From sequence record MN850621.1: a stretch of DNA of 64,000 nt; one strand, given 5' to 3'. This document shows, piece by piece, positions 18,412 through 28,066 of this stretch (position 1 is the stretch's first letter; each line of letters opens with the position of its first letter). Both the position numbers and the translations under genes were made by a program. The DNA comes from Escherichia phage dhabil. A model generated the notes under the pieces. It saw nothing but the letters and a program-made list of their open reading frames with translations, was not told the DNA's origin and did not search any database.

Positions 18412-21400
18412 ATGGCTGATATTTTAAAACCTGCATTCCGTGCTACATCCGGACTCGATGCTGCGGGCGAGAAAGTTATCAATGTTGCCAAAGCCGATTA
18501 CAATGTACTAGATGATGGCGTCAACGTTGAATTCTTTATAGATGAGAACACCATCCAGGCGTACGACGAGACGCGCGGATATAAGAAAGGGTTTGCCGTA
18601 ATCCATGACCAGCGTATTTGGGTTGCTCAACGTGATATCGCTGCACCGGCTGGAACTTTTGTACCTGGATATTGGACCGCTACCCGTACTGACCCTAAAT
18701 GGATTACAGTAGCATCTCCTACACGCCAGCTGGCTTCCGGTGAATATATCGCAGTGGATTCTGCTGCTAGCTTTACTACATTTACCCTGCCTCCTAACCC
18801 TACTGATGGTGATACCATCGTAATCAAGGACATTGGTGGCCGTGTAGGTTATAATGAAATCAAGGTTCAATCTAGTTCTGCTCCAGGCGGTGGTAATCAG
18901 AAAATTGTTCGATTTGGTAACCAGTTCTCTGAAACTCTGATAACCAAACCTTTTTCTTATAACATGCTTATCTTTGCTAACCGTCTTTGGCATTTCTGGG
19001 AAGCAGGTAACGAAGAACGCGGTATTCGTGTAGAGCCTAACACTGCACAGTTCCAATCACAAGCAGGTGATAACGTTTTACGTCGTTATACTTCAGGTGC
19101 AGTAATTAAATTTACTCTTCCTAAGTATGCAAACCAAGGTGATATGGTTAAAACCGTTGATATCGATGGTCTTGGAAGTAAGTTCCATTTAGTAGTTGAA
19201 ACGTTTGATGCGTCGTCTTCATTAGGTAAGCCTGGCCAACACAGCATGGAATTCCGTACCTCAGGTGATGGGTTCTTTGTTTATAACTCTGTTGAAAAAA
19301 TGTGGTATGTTTGGGACGGAGACCGTCAAACTCGTTTACGTGTAATTCGTGACGATGTTGAGCTCTTGGCTAATGAAAGTGTTATTGTTTTTGGTCCTAA
19401 TAACACAACTCCACAAACTATTAATATCACTTTACCTACTAACGTAGCGCAAGGCGATACTATTAAAATCGCATTGAACTACCTTCGTAAAGCCCAGACA
19501 GTAAATATTAAGGCTGCTGTAGGTGATAAAATTGCTTCTTCGGTTCAATTGCTCCAGTTCCCTAAACGTTCGGAATATCCACCGGATACTGAATGGGTTC
19601 TGAATGACGTATTGACCTTTAATGGTAACTTAAGTTATACTCCGGTTATCGAATTAAGTTATCTTGAAGATACAGATATTAACGTTAACTACTGGGTGGT
19701 TGCTCAGAACGTTCCTACTGTAGAACGTGTGGATTCTAAGGATGATTTAACTCGTGCTCGTCTCGGTGTTATTGCCCTTGCATCTCAGACCCAGGCAAAC
19801 GTCGACCATGAAAATAATCCTGAAAAAGAACTTGCAATTACTCCACAGACTTTAGCTAATCGTGTTGCCACCGAATCACGTCGTGGTATTGCTCGTATTG
19901 CTACAACTGCTCAGGTAAACCAGAATACAACTTTCGCTTTCCAGGACGATTTGATTATTTCTCCTAAGAAATTAAACGAACGTACTGCTACCGAAACTCG
20001 TCGTGGTGTAGCTGAAATTGCTACGCAACAGGAAACTGATGCAGGTGTTGATGATACAACCATTATCACTCCTAAGAAGCTACAGACGCGCCAGGGAACC
20101 GAAAGCCTATCTGGTATAGTAAAATATGTATCTACCACAGGAACCACTCCTGCGGACTCCAGAGCAACTGTAGGTACCAACGTTTATAATAAGAACACTA
20201 CTACTTTAGTTATTTCTCCTAAAGCTTTGGACCAGTATAAAGCCGACCAAAATAACCAAGGTGCTGTATATCTTGCTACGCAAGCCGAAGTTAATGCTGG
20301 TGCTACTAACCCTGGTTTTAGTAACTCGGTTGTCACACCTGAAACATTAGGTGCTCGTCGTTCTACTGATACCAATCATGGTTTAATTGAAATTGCTACG
20401 CAACAGGAAACTGATGCTGGAACTGATTATACTCGTGCGGTAACGCCTAAGACGTTAAATGATAGGAAGGCTACAGAGACTTTAACTGGTATTGCTCGTA
20501 TTGGTACTCAAGTAGAATTTGATGCAGGTGTATTAGATAATGTTATTTCAACTCCGTTGAAAATTAAAACAAGATTTGATAATACTGCTAGAACTTCTGT
20601 CTCAGTAGCCAGTGGTTTGGTTGAATCAGGAACCTTATGGAACCATTATACACTAGATATCCGTGAAGCAAGTAATACCCAACGTGGTACGGCCCGTTTG
20701 GCTACCCAAACTGAAGTTAATACCGGAACCGATGATAAAACAATCATTACTCCGCTTAAGCTTCAAGCTAAAAAGGCTACCGAAAATGCCGAAGGTATTA
20801 TCCAGCTTGCTACTCAGGCCGAAGTTATTGATGGTACGGTAAGTAATAAAGCGTTTAGTCCTAAGCATTACAAATATATCGTCCAACAGGAAAAATCCTG
20901 GGAAGCTACTTCTGCTCGTAGAGGATATGTTAAATTAACTACAGGTACAGCCACTTGGGAAGGTGACGATACTAATGGTTCTGTTGCTAACCTGGCCAAA
21001 TTTGAAGACAACGGCTTTGCTATTTCCCCTCTTCAATTGAATACGGCGTTAACTCACTATCTTCCGATTAAAGGTAAGGCTTTTGACTCTGATAAATTGG
21101 ACAACCTGGATAGCTCTCAGTTCGTCAGGAGAGATATCGACCAAATAGTTGAAGGAACATTAACCCTTCGTAAAAACATCAGAGTGGATGGCCAGTTGGC
21201 TACAGGCGGTACCGGTGAATTTGGTGGTTCTTTAGCTGCTAATAGTACATTTACTATCCGTAACACGGGAACGGCTACTCGTATAGTATTTGAAAAGGGC
21301 CCTCAAACAGGAACTAACCCGGTTCAGTCAATGAGCATCCGTGTATGGGGTAACCAGTATGGCGGTGGTTCGGATACGAGTCGTTCTACCGTGTTTGAAG

Positions 21401-22311
21401 TCGGTGATGAAACGTCTAACCATTTTTATTCCCAACGCAATAAAGATGGTAATATAGCGTTTAGCATTAATGGTACTGTAATGCCGATAAATGTGAATGC
21501 TTCCGGGTTAATGAATGTGAATGGCGTTGCAACATTCGGTCGTTCGGTTACAGCTCAGGGCGAATTTATATCTTATAGTTCGAACGCATTTAGAGCAATT
21601 AGTGGTAATTATGGATTCTTTATTCGTAATGATAACTCTAATGTCTATTTTATGCTGACCGACTCAGGCGATCAAACAGGTGGCTTTAATGGATTAAGAC
21701 CATTAGCTATTAGTAATACATCTGGCCAGGTTACAATTGGCGAAGGTCTTATTATTGCCAAAGGCGCAACTATTAACTCAGGTGGTTTAACGGTTAACTC
21801 GAGAATTCGTTCTCAAGGTACTAAACCTGCCGACCTTTATTCCAGAAAACCTAATGCAGACAATACCGGCTTTTGGTCTGTTGACGTTAATGACGAAGCC
21901 ACATATAACCAATTCCCTGGTTATTTTAAAATGGTTGAAAAAATTAACGAAGTAACAGGGTTGCCGTATTTGGTTCGTGGTGAAGAAGTTAAATCGCCTG
22001 GTACGTTAACTCAGTTCGGTAACACTCTGAATTCACTTTACCAGGATTGGATTACCTATCCAAATACTGCAGACGGAAGCACTACTCGTTGGACTCGTAC
22101 TTGGCAGCAAAATAAAAATGCTTGGTCTGGATTTGTTCAGGTATTTGATGGCGGTAATCCACCTCAACCGTCTGATATCGGTGCATTACCTTCTGATAAT
22201 GCTTCAATGAGTAACTTGACCATTCGTGATTGGTTGCGTATTGGTAACGTTCGTATAATTCCGGACCCGGTAACTCGTTCTGTTAAATTCGAATGGATTG
22301 ATACACCATAA
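18412..22311 (+). CDS. 34: Long tail fiber proximal subunit gp34
   Basis: 1299 aa; first gene of the plus-strand fiber operon after rnh; contains the characteristic repeated RGxAxIATQxExxxGxDD...ITP motif. Confidence 0.9.
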   Translation: MADILKPAFRATSGLDAAGEKVINVAKADYNVLDDGVNVEFFIDENTIQAYDETRGYKKGFAVIHDQRIWVAQRDIAAPAGTFVPGYWTATRTDPKWITVASPTRQLASGEYIAVDSAASFTTFTLPPNPTDGDTIVIKDIGGRVGYNEIKVQSSSAPGGGNQKIVRFGNQFSETLITKPFSYNMLIFANRLWHFWEAGNEERGIRVEPNTAQFQSQAGDNVLRRYTSGAVIKFTLPKYANQGDMVKTVDIDGLGSKFHLVVETFDASSSLGKPGQHSMEFRTSGDGFFVYNSVEKMWYVWDGDRQTRLRVIRDDVELLANESVIVFGPNNTTPQTINITLPTNVAQGDTIKIALNYLRKAQTVNIKAAVGDKIASSVQLLQFPKRSEYPPDTEWVLNDVLTFNGNLSYTPVIELSYLEDTDINVNYWVVAQNVPTVERVDSKDDLTRARLGVIALASQTQANVDHENNPEKELAITPQTLANRVATESRRGIARIATTAQVNQNTTFAFQDDLIISPKKLNERTATETRRGVAEIATQQETDAGVDDTTIITPKKLQTRQGTESLSGIVKYVSTTGTTPADSRATVGTNVYNKNTTTLVISPKALDQYKADQNNQGAVYLATQAEVNAGATNPGFSNSVVTPETLGARRSTDTNHGLIEIATQQETDAGTDYTRAVTPKTLNDRKATETLTGIARIGTQVEFDAGVLDNVISTPLKIKTRFDNTARTSVSVASGLVESGTLWNHYTLDIREASNTQRGTARLATQTEVNTGTDDKTIITPLKLQAKKATENAEGIIQLATQAEVIDGTVSNKAFSPKHYKYIVQQEKSWEATSARRGYVKLTTGTATWEGDDTNGSVANLAKFEDNGFAISPLQLNTALTHYLPIKGKAFDSDKLDNLDSSQFVRRDIDQIVEGTLTLRKNIRVDGQLATGGTGEFGGSLAANSTFTIRNTGTATRIVFEKGPQTGTNPVQSMSIRVWGNQYGGGSDTSRSTVFEVGDETSNHFYSQRNKDGNIAFSINGTVMPINVNASGLMNVNGVATFGRSVTAQGEFISYSSNAFRAISGNYGFFIRNDNSNVYFMLTDSGDQTGGFNGLRPLAISNTSGQVTIGEGLIIAKGATINSGGLTVNSRIRSQGTKPADLYSRKPNADNTGFWSVDVNDEATYNQFPGYFKMVEKINEVTGLPYLVRGEEVKSPGTLTQFGNTLNSLYQDWITYPNTADGSTTRWTRTWQQNKNAWSGFVQVFDGGNPPQPSDIGALPSDNASMSNLTIRDWLRIGNVRIIPDPVTRSVKFEWIDTP
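19880..21050 (+). repeat. Array of about nine diverged 35-40-aa coding repeats inside gene 34
   Basis: Repeated peptide units such as RRGIARIATTAQVNQNT...ISPKKL and RRGVAEIATQQETDAGVDDTTIITPKKL; in-frame, degenerate. Confidence 0.6.
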
Positions 22312-22319
22312 GAGGTAAT

Positions 22320-23444
22320 ATGGAAAGATTTATGGCTGAATTTGGACAAGATTACGTTCAAATTCCTGTACTATCTGAAAATAATGCCGTTAGTTATAAA
22401 CTTAGTATAGCAGGGAGCTGTACTAAGTCTACTAAAAAGGCTTATATTAAATTTCAAGATGAGGACTTCGGTCCTCAGAATTTCCAATCCGGGCTAAATT
22501 TGGTTGAAATAGACCCGACAAATAACACAATAGTGGCTACAAAATCATACGCCTTTACCAAAGACCATGATGTTATTTCCCAAGCGTTTATAACTTATAT
22601 TTCTTCTATACCTGCCGGTAGAATTGTTTGCTTTATTTCTTCCGGCAAATTAAACGCCTCGCAAGTGTTAATTGATTGGTTTAGAGCTGCAGGGTCTGCG
22701 GCCTTTCCAGATAAATGGCTCATTGATAAAGTGGATACTTCTTATTCAGCTTTTTACGTTTCAGGAAGAAATGCCATTGTAATGGAGCACGTTCTTTATA
22801 ACGACGGTGTTTTAGTTGAAGATGTTTCAACTCCGTTAGAAGTAGTTTATGATAATTTTAATGACGTAGGTGGGACAGGATTCCCGGTTAGAATTGTCGA
22901 AGATGAAAATACTTATTATAGTGGAGCTACCCAAGAAATTAAAAGGTTTCCTACTGAAGCCACTATAACTCCTTGTGCAGATTATAATATGGTTCCAGGA
23001 GATTTCTTTTATCTTAAATTCCAAATGACCTATGACCAGGCTTTAAAAGATTTAGGGACGACCCAGATGTCCATACGATTTTTTAATGGGCAAGAAATGC
23101 TTCAATCCACTGATATCAATATTCCTGTAGGAGCTGGCTCCCCACCGGCAGGCGCATGGATGTCCTTTGAGCGTGTAGTAGAAGTTCCATTAAATGCTAG
23201 TGGATTTACCTTATATGCCAGAAAAACTGTCCTAGACGGTCAAGGTGGTGTTAGAAATGTTGTGTTTGGTGAAATAGCTAGACCTGAAGATACTCCTAAA
23301 TCCGCCGAAATTGGTGTTAACGGTATTCGTATGAACTTTGGTACAGAAACCCGTTCAATGGATAATGTTATTGCACAGTTGAATGATAAATCATCCGGTA
23401 ATGCAGGTAAAGTATTTGTTCAAGAATTTAAAGAAAAATATTAA
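22320..23444 (+). CDS. 35: Long tail fiber hinge connector gp35
   Basis: 374 aa; second gene of the fiber operon, size as T4 gp35. Confidence 0.8.
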   Translation: MERFMAEFGQDYVQIPVLSENNAVSYKLSIAGSCTKSTKKAYIKFQDEDFGPQNFQSGLNLVEIDPTNNTIVATKSYAFTKDHDVISQAFITYISSIPAGRIVCFISSGKLNASQVLIDWFRAAGSAAFPDKWLIDKVDTSYSAFYVSGRNAIVMEHVLYNDGVLVEDVSTPLEVVYDNFNDVGGTGFPVRIVEDENTYYSGATQEIKRFPTEATITPCADYNMVPGDFFYLKFQMTYDQALKDLGTTQMSIRFFNGQEMLQSTDINIPVGAGSPPAGAWMSFERVVEVPLNASGFTLYARKTVLDGQGGVRNVVFGEIARPEDTPKSAEIGVNGIRMNFGTETRSMDNVIAQLNDKSSGNAGKVFVQEFKEKY

Positions 23445-23466
23445 GGGACCTCACGGTCCCTTTTTG
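23445..23466 (+). terminator. Intrinsic terminator after gene 35
   Basis: GGGACC-TCAC-GGTCCC followed by TTTTTG. Confidence 0.6.
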
Positions 23467-23467
23467 C

Positions 23468-23475
23468 TATAAATA
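23468..23475 (+). promoter_or_regulatory. Late promoter (TATAAATA) for genes 36-37-38
   Basis: Exact TATAAATA 25 nt upstream of the gene 36 ATG. Confidence 0.7.
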
Positions 23476-23500
23476 CGTTATCTAATAAAGAGGAATAACT

Positions 23501-24160
23501 ATGGCTGATTTAAAATTAGGCTCAACCGCTGGAGGTTCCGTTATATGGCACCAAGGTAACTTTCCGCTGACGCCGGTATCAAATGATATTTTATATAAAA
23601 CCTACAAAATCTATACCGAATTTAATAAGCCCCAAGCCGCAGATAACGACTTTGTTTCTAAAGCCAACGGTGGGAATTATTTGGGTACTGTAAACTTTGA
23701 TAAAGACCTACAATTTAAAGATTCGGATGGTTATTGGGTTAAATTAGGTAGAAAAACCAATACTACTCCAATGTCGACTACGTATTCTTTCTCATTTAGA
23801 ATGAGTAAAGGTATGGGACTTGAAACAGCAGATGGGACGCCATTTGTAATCTTTGACCCTAGCACTACAGTAGGAGCTAACCGTCTTACCGTAATGGGCG
23901 ATATTCTTGGCCGTCAGATTAAAGATGAATCCGGTCGAGTATTTTCACCTGGTAACACCCCTACTAAAGCCCAGGTTGGATTAAGTGATGTAGATAACGC
24001 AAAACAGGTCCAAATAAATAATAGTAACATACAATCTATGGCTGGTGTTCTTTCAGCCCCGAATTTCATATCTAGGAATCCAGGTACATTGAACGAACAT
24101 GTTCCTCGTATTGACCAGGTTGTTCTTAGAGGTACGTCTGAAGATTTTGGATATTATTAA
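23501..24160 (+). CDS. 36: Long tail fiber distal connector gp36
   Basis: 219 aa; N-terminus MADLKLGSTAGGSVIWHQGNFPL closely matches T4 gp36. Confidence 0.85.
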   Translation: MADLKLGSTAGGSVIWHQGNFPLTPVSNDILYKTYKIYTEFNKPQAADNDFVSKANGGNYLGTVNFDKDLQFKDSDGYWVKLGRKTNTTPMSTTYSFSFRMSKGMGLETADGTPFVIFDPSTTVGANRLTVMGDILGRQIKDESGRVFSPGNTPTKAQVGLSDVDNAKQVQINNSNIQSMAGVLSAPNFISRNPGTLNEHVPRIDQVVLRGTSEDFGYY

Positions 24161-24168
24161 GAGGCATT

Positions 24169-27100
24169 ATGGCTACTTTAAAATCGATACAATTTAAAAG
24201 AAGTAAAATAGCAGGAGCCAAGCCTACTGCAGCCCAGTTAGATGAAGGTGAACTGGCTATTAACTTGCGTGACCGCACTATTTTTACTAAGTCAGACCAA
24301 GGACAGATTATTGATTTGGGCTTTGCTAAAGGTGGACAAGTTGATGGTGATGTTAATATTAACGGGACTTTGAATTTAAATGGTGAACTTGTCCAAACAG
24401 GTACGGCAGGTATGAGAACTGAAGGTAGTATTACTGCCCCTGTTTTCCGAGCTAGTAAGGGCTCATTTTATTCTAGAGCGTCTAATGATACTTCTAACGC
24501 ACATTATTGGTTTGAAAACGCAAATGGCACTGAACGTGGTGTTTTATATGCTAAACCACAGCTTGAAAATGAAGGCGTAATTACCATGCGTGTTCGCCAA
24601 GGTACTGCTGCCGGCGCGCAAAATTCAGAGTTTCACTTTATTTCTAATGATGGTGGTATTTTTCAGGCTCGTAAATTAGCGGCTTTAACTTCAATATCAA
24701 CACCTACAATTTCCGTTAACTTAGTAAACCATGATTCAAAAACGTTTGGACAGTATGACAGCCAATCTTTAGTTAATTACGTATACCCGGGCACCGGCGA
24801 AACAAATGGTGTAAACTATCTTCGTAAAGTTCGTGCCAAATCTGGCGGCACTATGTGGCATGAGCTTTGTACTGCTCAATTAGGCCAAGCTGATGAAATG
24901 TCTTGGTGGACAGGTAATACTCCTCAGTCTAAACAATACGGTGTTCGTAACGACGGCCGTTTGATTGGTAGAAATAGCCTTGCATTAGGTACTATGACTA
25001 CCGATTTCCCATCTAGCGATTATGGTAATACCGGAGCTATGGGTGACAAATACCTAGTTTTAGGTGATACCGCGACCGGTTTAAAATATATTAAACAAGG
25101 TAATTTTGATTTGGTGGGTGGAGGTTATTCTGTTGCTTCTATTACTACTGATGGTTTCCGCGGTACAAGCAAAACCATATTTGGACGTAGTAATGACCAG
25201 GGGCTTACTTGGCTTCTGCCGGGCCAGAATTCTTCTATGGTTTCTATTAGAACCGAAATAGATGGTAATAACTCCGGGGATGGCCAAACCCATTTGGGTT
25301 ATAATTCTAATGGTAAACTTTATCATTATTTCCGTGGCACAGGTCGTGTAGCCATTTCTATGGCAGAAGGTATGATTATTGAACCTGGTATTTTAAATAT
25401 TAAGACCGGGGTTAACGAATTAAATCTTAGAGCAGACGGCACAGTTTCTACTACACAGCGTTTAATGGTTAATAACGGCCTAGTTCTTAACGCAAACAAT
25501 AATACTTCTGCATTGGCATTAACTGCTCCTACCGGTGTTGATGGTACAAAAACCATTAACTGGGACGCTGGTACCCGAAATGGCCAGAACAAAAATACCG
25601 TTACCATGAAAGCATGGGGTAACTCATTTAACGCCGGTGGCGGTAATAGAGAAACTGTATTCGAAGTATCAGATTCACAAGGATATTATTTCTATGGCCA
25701 ACGTACTAATCCGGCTTCCGGTGAAACTGTAGGCCCTATTAACTTCAAGTTCAACGGCTCTGTTGAAACAGGTCATTTTTCTAGTCTCGGAAATATAAGT
25801 GCATCCGGTACCGGTTCTTTTGGTGGCAATGTTACCATGACTAATGGCCTGTTTGTCCAAGGCGGCGCTTCAATTAGTGGCCAAGTTAAAATGGGTGGTA
25901 CTGCTGACGCATTAAGAATTTGGAACGCTGAATATGGTTTGATTTTCCGTCGTTCAGAAACGGGTTCTTCTGCTTCATTCCATCTTATTCCTACCCTTCA
26001 AAACGCCGGTGAAAATGGTGGAATAAGCGACCTCCGTCCGTTGTCTATTAATTTAGCCAATGGTACCGTTATAATGGGGAATAAATCTACAGGTGGTCCA
26101 CTTTTTACAGTCGACAACGTAAGTAAATTTGTCCAAACTGACTGTAGGTTGCGTGTTAATATGGATTCCGATGGTATTGTTTTGAATGCTTCATCTCAAG
26201 CAGCATCCAACTTTATCCAAGGACGTAAAGCAGACGTTACAAAATGGTATCTTGGTATTGGTGACGGCGGTAACGTTGTTCGTTTACATAACTATACTTA
26301 TTCACATGGTATTGCATTAAACTCTGATACTGTTGATATAACCAAGCCTCTTAAAATAGGTTCTGATATTCGTATTGGTACAGATGGTAACATTACAGGC
26401 AGTTCTACCTTAGACAACTTTAAAAACCTGAATTCAACATTAGACCATAAAGTTAATATGGGCGGATGGTCGGGTGGTGCTACTACAGGTTGGTATAAAT
26501 TTGCTACTGTAGAAATTCCGCAGTCAACAGGCACGGTATCTTTTAAAATATTTGGTGGTTCCGGATTTAATTTTAAAAGTTATGGTCAGGCTTCAATAGC
26601 TGAAATAATCCTTAGAACTGGTAATAATAACCCTAAAGGCCTTAATGCTACGTTGTGGAATAGGACTTCTGAAGCTATTTCCCAGATTGCTTCGGTTAAT
26701 ACAAGCGAAGATATCTATGATATTTACGTTTATTTGGGTGGATATTCTAATTCTTTAGTAGTAGAATATACATGCAGTAGCAATAGTAAAGTAACCGTAG
26801 TAGGTATGGATAGCGGCATCCAGCCTTTGGTAGAAACATTACCTGAAGGTCATATTGTAGGTAAATCTGTAAGAATGCTGAACAATATTGACGGAATGTT
26901 TGCTGCTGGTGAATCAGATATTGTTACTCGTGGTGAATATGTTACCAATAACCAAAAAGGTATGCGTATTAAATCTAAAGGTAATGATTTAGATTCTAAT
27001 GCTGCTTTACTTAGAAACGACGGTGGAAGTTTTTATATTTTAGCTACAGATAAAAATACGACAGAAAAACCCGATGCGGCTAATGGTGATTGGAATGGCT

Positions 27101-28035
27101 TAAGACCTTTCTCTATTAATATGGCTGATGGTCGCGTTGGTATGAACCACGGTCTGAATATTACTGGTGGCGGATTAAACGTTACAGGTGGTAATACAAA
27201 CCTTGGTAATATTACCTCTCGTGTAGTTTCTTCTGCACGTTCACCTGCAGGCTGGGCTGATAACTCAGATGCAATGAAACCTAAAATCACCTTTATGGCA
27301 GACCATGGTGATTTATCCAATTCAGGTAGTTATTATCCTATTGTCGGAGCGTGGAGTAACTATGGTTCAGCAGGTTATCGTCAGACCTTTGAGTTTGGTT
27401 GGGTTGGTTCTGGTACCACAGCTGGATGGCGTGATGGTATTATTCGTATACGTGGCGACAATGCTAATGGCCAACAAGCAAGATGGCGCTTTGTAATGGA
27501 CGGTACTTTAGAGTGTCCAGGTAAAGTACTGCTACCACAAACAAGTGCCTTCGGTATTAACACAATAAACGGGTTTGGTGGTAACTCACTTGTAATTGGG
27601 GATAGCGATACTGGTTTTAGACAAGTTGGTGACGGTCTTTTAGAAGTTTGGACTAATGCTTCTCGCCGTATGCGATTCCAAGGTGGTGACACTTATTCAG
27701 ATATGAATATAAATGCTCCAAACGTTTATATTCGTTCTGATATTCGTTTGAAATCAAACTTCAAACCAATTGAAAACGCTCTTGAAAAGGTTGAACAGCT
27801 TGATGGTTTAATCTATGATAAAGCTGATTATATTGGTGGAGAGGTTGTTCACACTGAAGCAGGTGTTATTGCACAGAAATTGAATGAAGTATTACCTGAA
27901 GCTATTCGTGAAGTTGAAGATATCAAAGGTAATAAAGTTCTGACAGTTTCTACTCAGGCACAAGTTGCTCTATTAATTGAAGCAGTTAAAACTCTGTCGG
28001 CTAAAGTAAAAGAACTTGAAGCTAAGTTAAACTAA
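24169..28035 (+). CDS. 37: Long tail fiber distal subunit gp37, with C-terminal intramolecular-chaperone-like segment
   Basis: 1288 aa; follows gene 36; last 99 aa begin with SDIRLK and are helix-rich. Confidence 0.85.
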   Translation: MATLKSIQFKRSKIAGAKPTAAQLDEGELAINLRDRTIFTKSDQGQIIDLGFAKGGQVDGDVNINGTLNLNGELVQTGTAGMRTEGSITAPVFRASKGSFYSRASNDTSNAHYWFENANGTERGVLYAKPQLENEGVITMRVRQGTAAGAQNSEFHFISNDGGIFQARKLAALTSISTPTISVNLVNHDSKTFGQYDSQSLVNYVYPGTGETNGVNYLRKVRAKSGGTMWHELCTAQLGQADEMSWWTGNTPQSKQYGVRNDGRLIGRNSLALGTMTTDFPSSDYGNTGAMGDKYLVLGDTATGLKYIKQGNFDLVGGGYSVASITTDGFRGTSKTIFGRSNDQGLTWLLPGQNSSMVSIRTEIDGNNSGDGQTHLGYNSNGKLYHYFRGTGRVAISMAEGMIIEPGILNIKTGVNELNLRADGTVSTTQRLMVNNGLVLNANNNTSALALTAPTGVDGTKTINWDAGTRNGQNKNTVTMKAWGNSFNAGGGNRETVFEVSDSQGYYFYGQRTNPASGETVGPINFKFNGSVETGHFSSLGNISASGTGSFGGNVTMTNGLFVQGGASISGQVKMGGTADALRIWNAEYGLIFRRSETGSSASFHLIPTLQNAGENGGISDLRPLSINLANGTVIMGNKSTGGPLFTVDNVSKFVQTDCRLRVNMDSDGIVLNASSQAASNFIQGRKADVTKWYLGIGDGGNVVRLHNYTYSHGIALNSDTVDITKPLKIGSDIRIGTDGNITGSSTLDNFKNLNSTLDHKVNMGGWSGGATTGWYKFATVEIPQSTGTVSFKIFGGSGFNFKSYGQASIAEIILRTGNNNPKGLNATLWNRTSEAISQIASVNTSEDIYDIYVYLGGYSNSLVVEYTCSSNSKVTVVGMDSGIQPLVETLPEGHIVGKSVRMLNNIDGMFAAGESDIVTRGEYVTNNQKGMRIKSKGNDLDSNAALLRNDGGSFYILATDKNTTEKPDAANGDWNGLRPFSINMADGRVGMNHGLNITGGGLNVTGGNTNLGNITSRVVSSARSPAGWADNSDAMKPKITFMADHGDLSNSGSYYPIVGAWSNYGSAGYRQTFEFGWVGSGTTAGWRDGIIRIRGDNANGQQARWRFVMDGTLECPGKVLLPQTSAFGINTINGFGGNSLVIGDSDTGFRQVGDGLLEVWTNASRRMRFQGGDTYSDMNINAPNVYIRSDIRLKSNFKPIENALEKVEQLDGLIYDKADYIGGEVVHTEAGVIAQKLNEVLPEAIREVEDIKGNKVLTVSTQAQVALLIEAVKTLSAKVKELEAKLN

Positions 28036-28037
28036 TA

Positions 28038-28055
28038 AGAGGGCTTCGGCCCTCT
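28038..28055 (+). other. UUCG tetraloop hairpin between genes 37 and 38
   Basis: AGAGGGC-TTCG-GCCCTCT; no U tract. Confidence 0.4.
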
Positions 28056-28066
28056 AAGGATTTATA

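Noticed and set aside
18508-19056. Minus-strand ORFs inside the tail-fibre genes (for example 18508..19056, 19911..20180, 25326..25607, 27033..27320)
   Set aside because: Antisense to long, clearly coding plus-strand genes; no ribosome-binding sites; typical shadow ORFs
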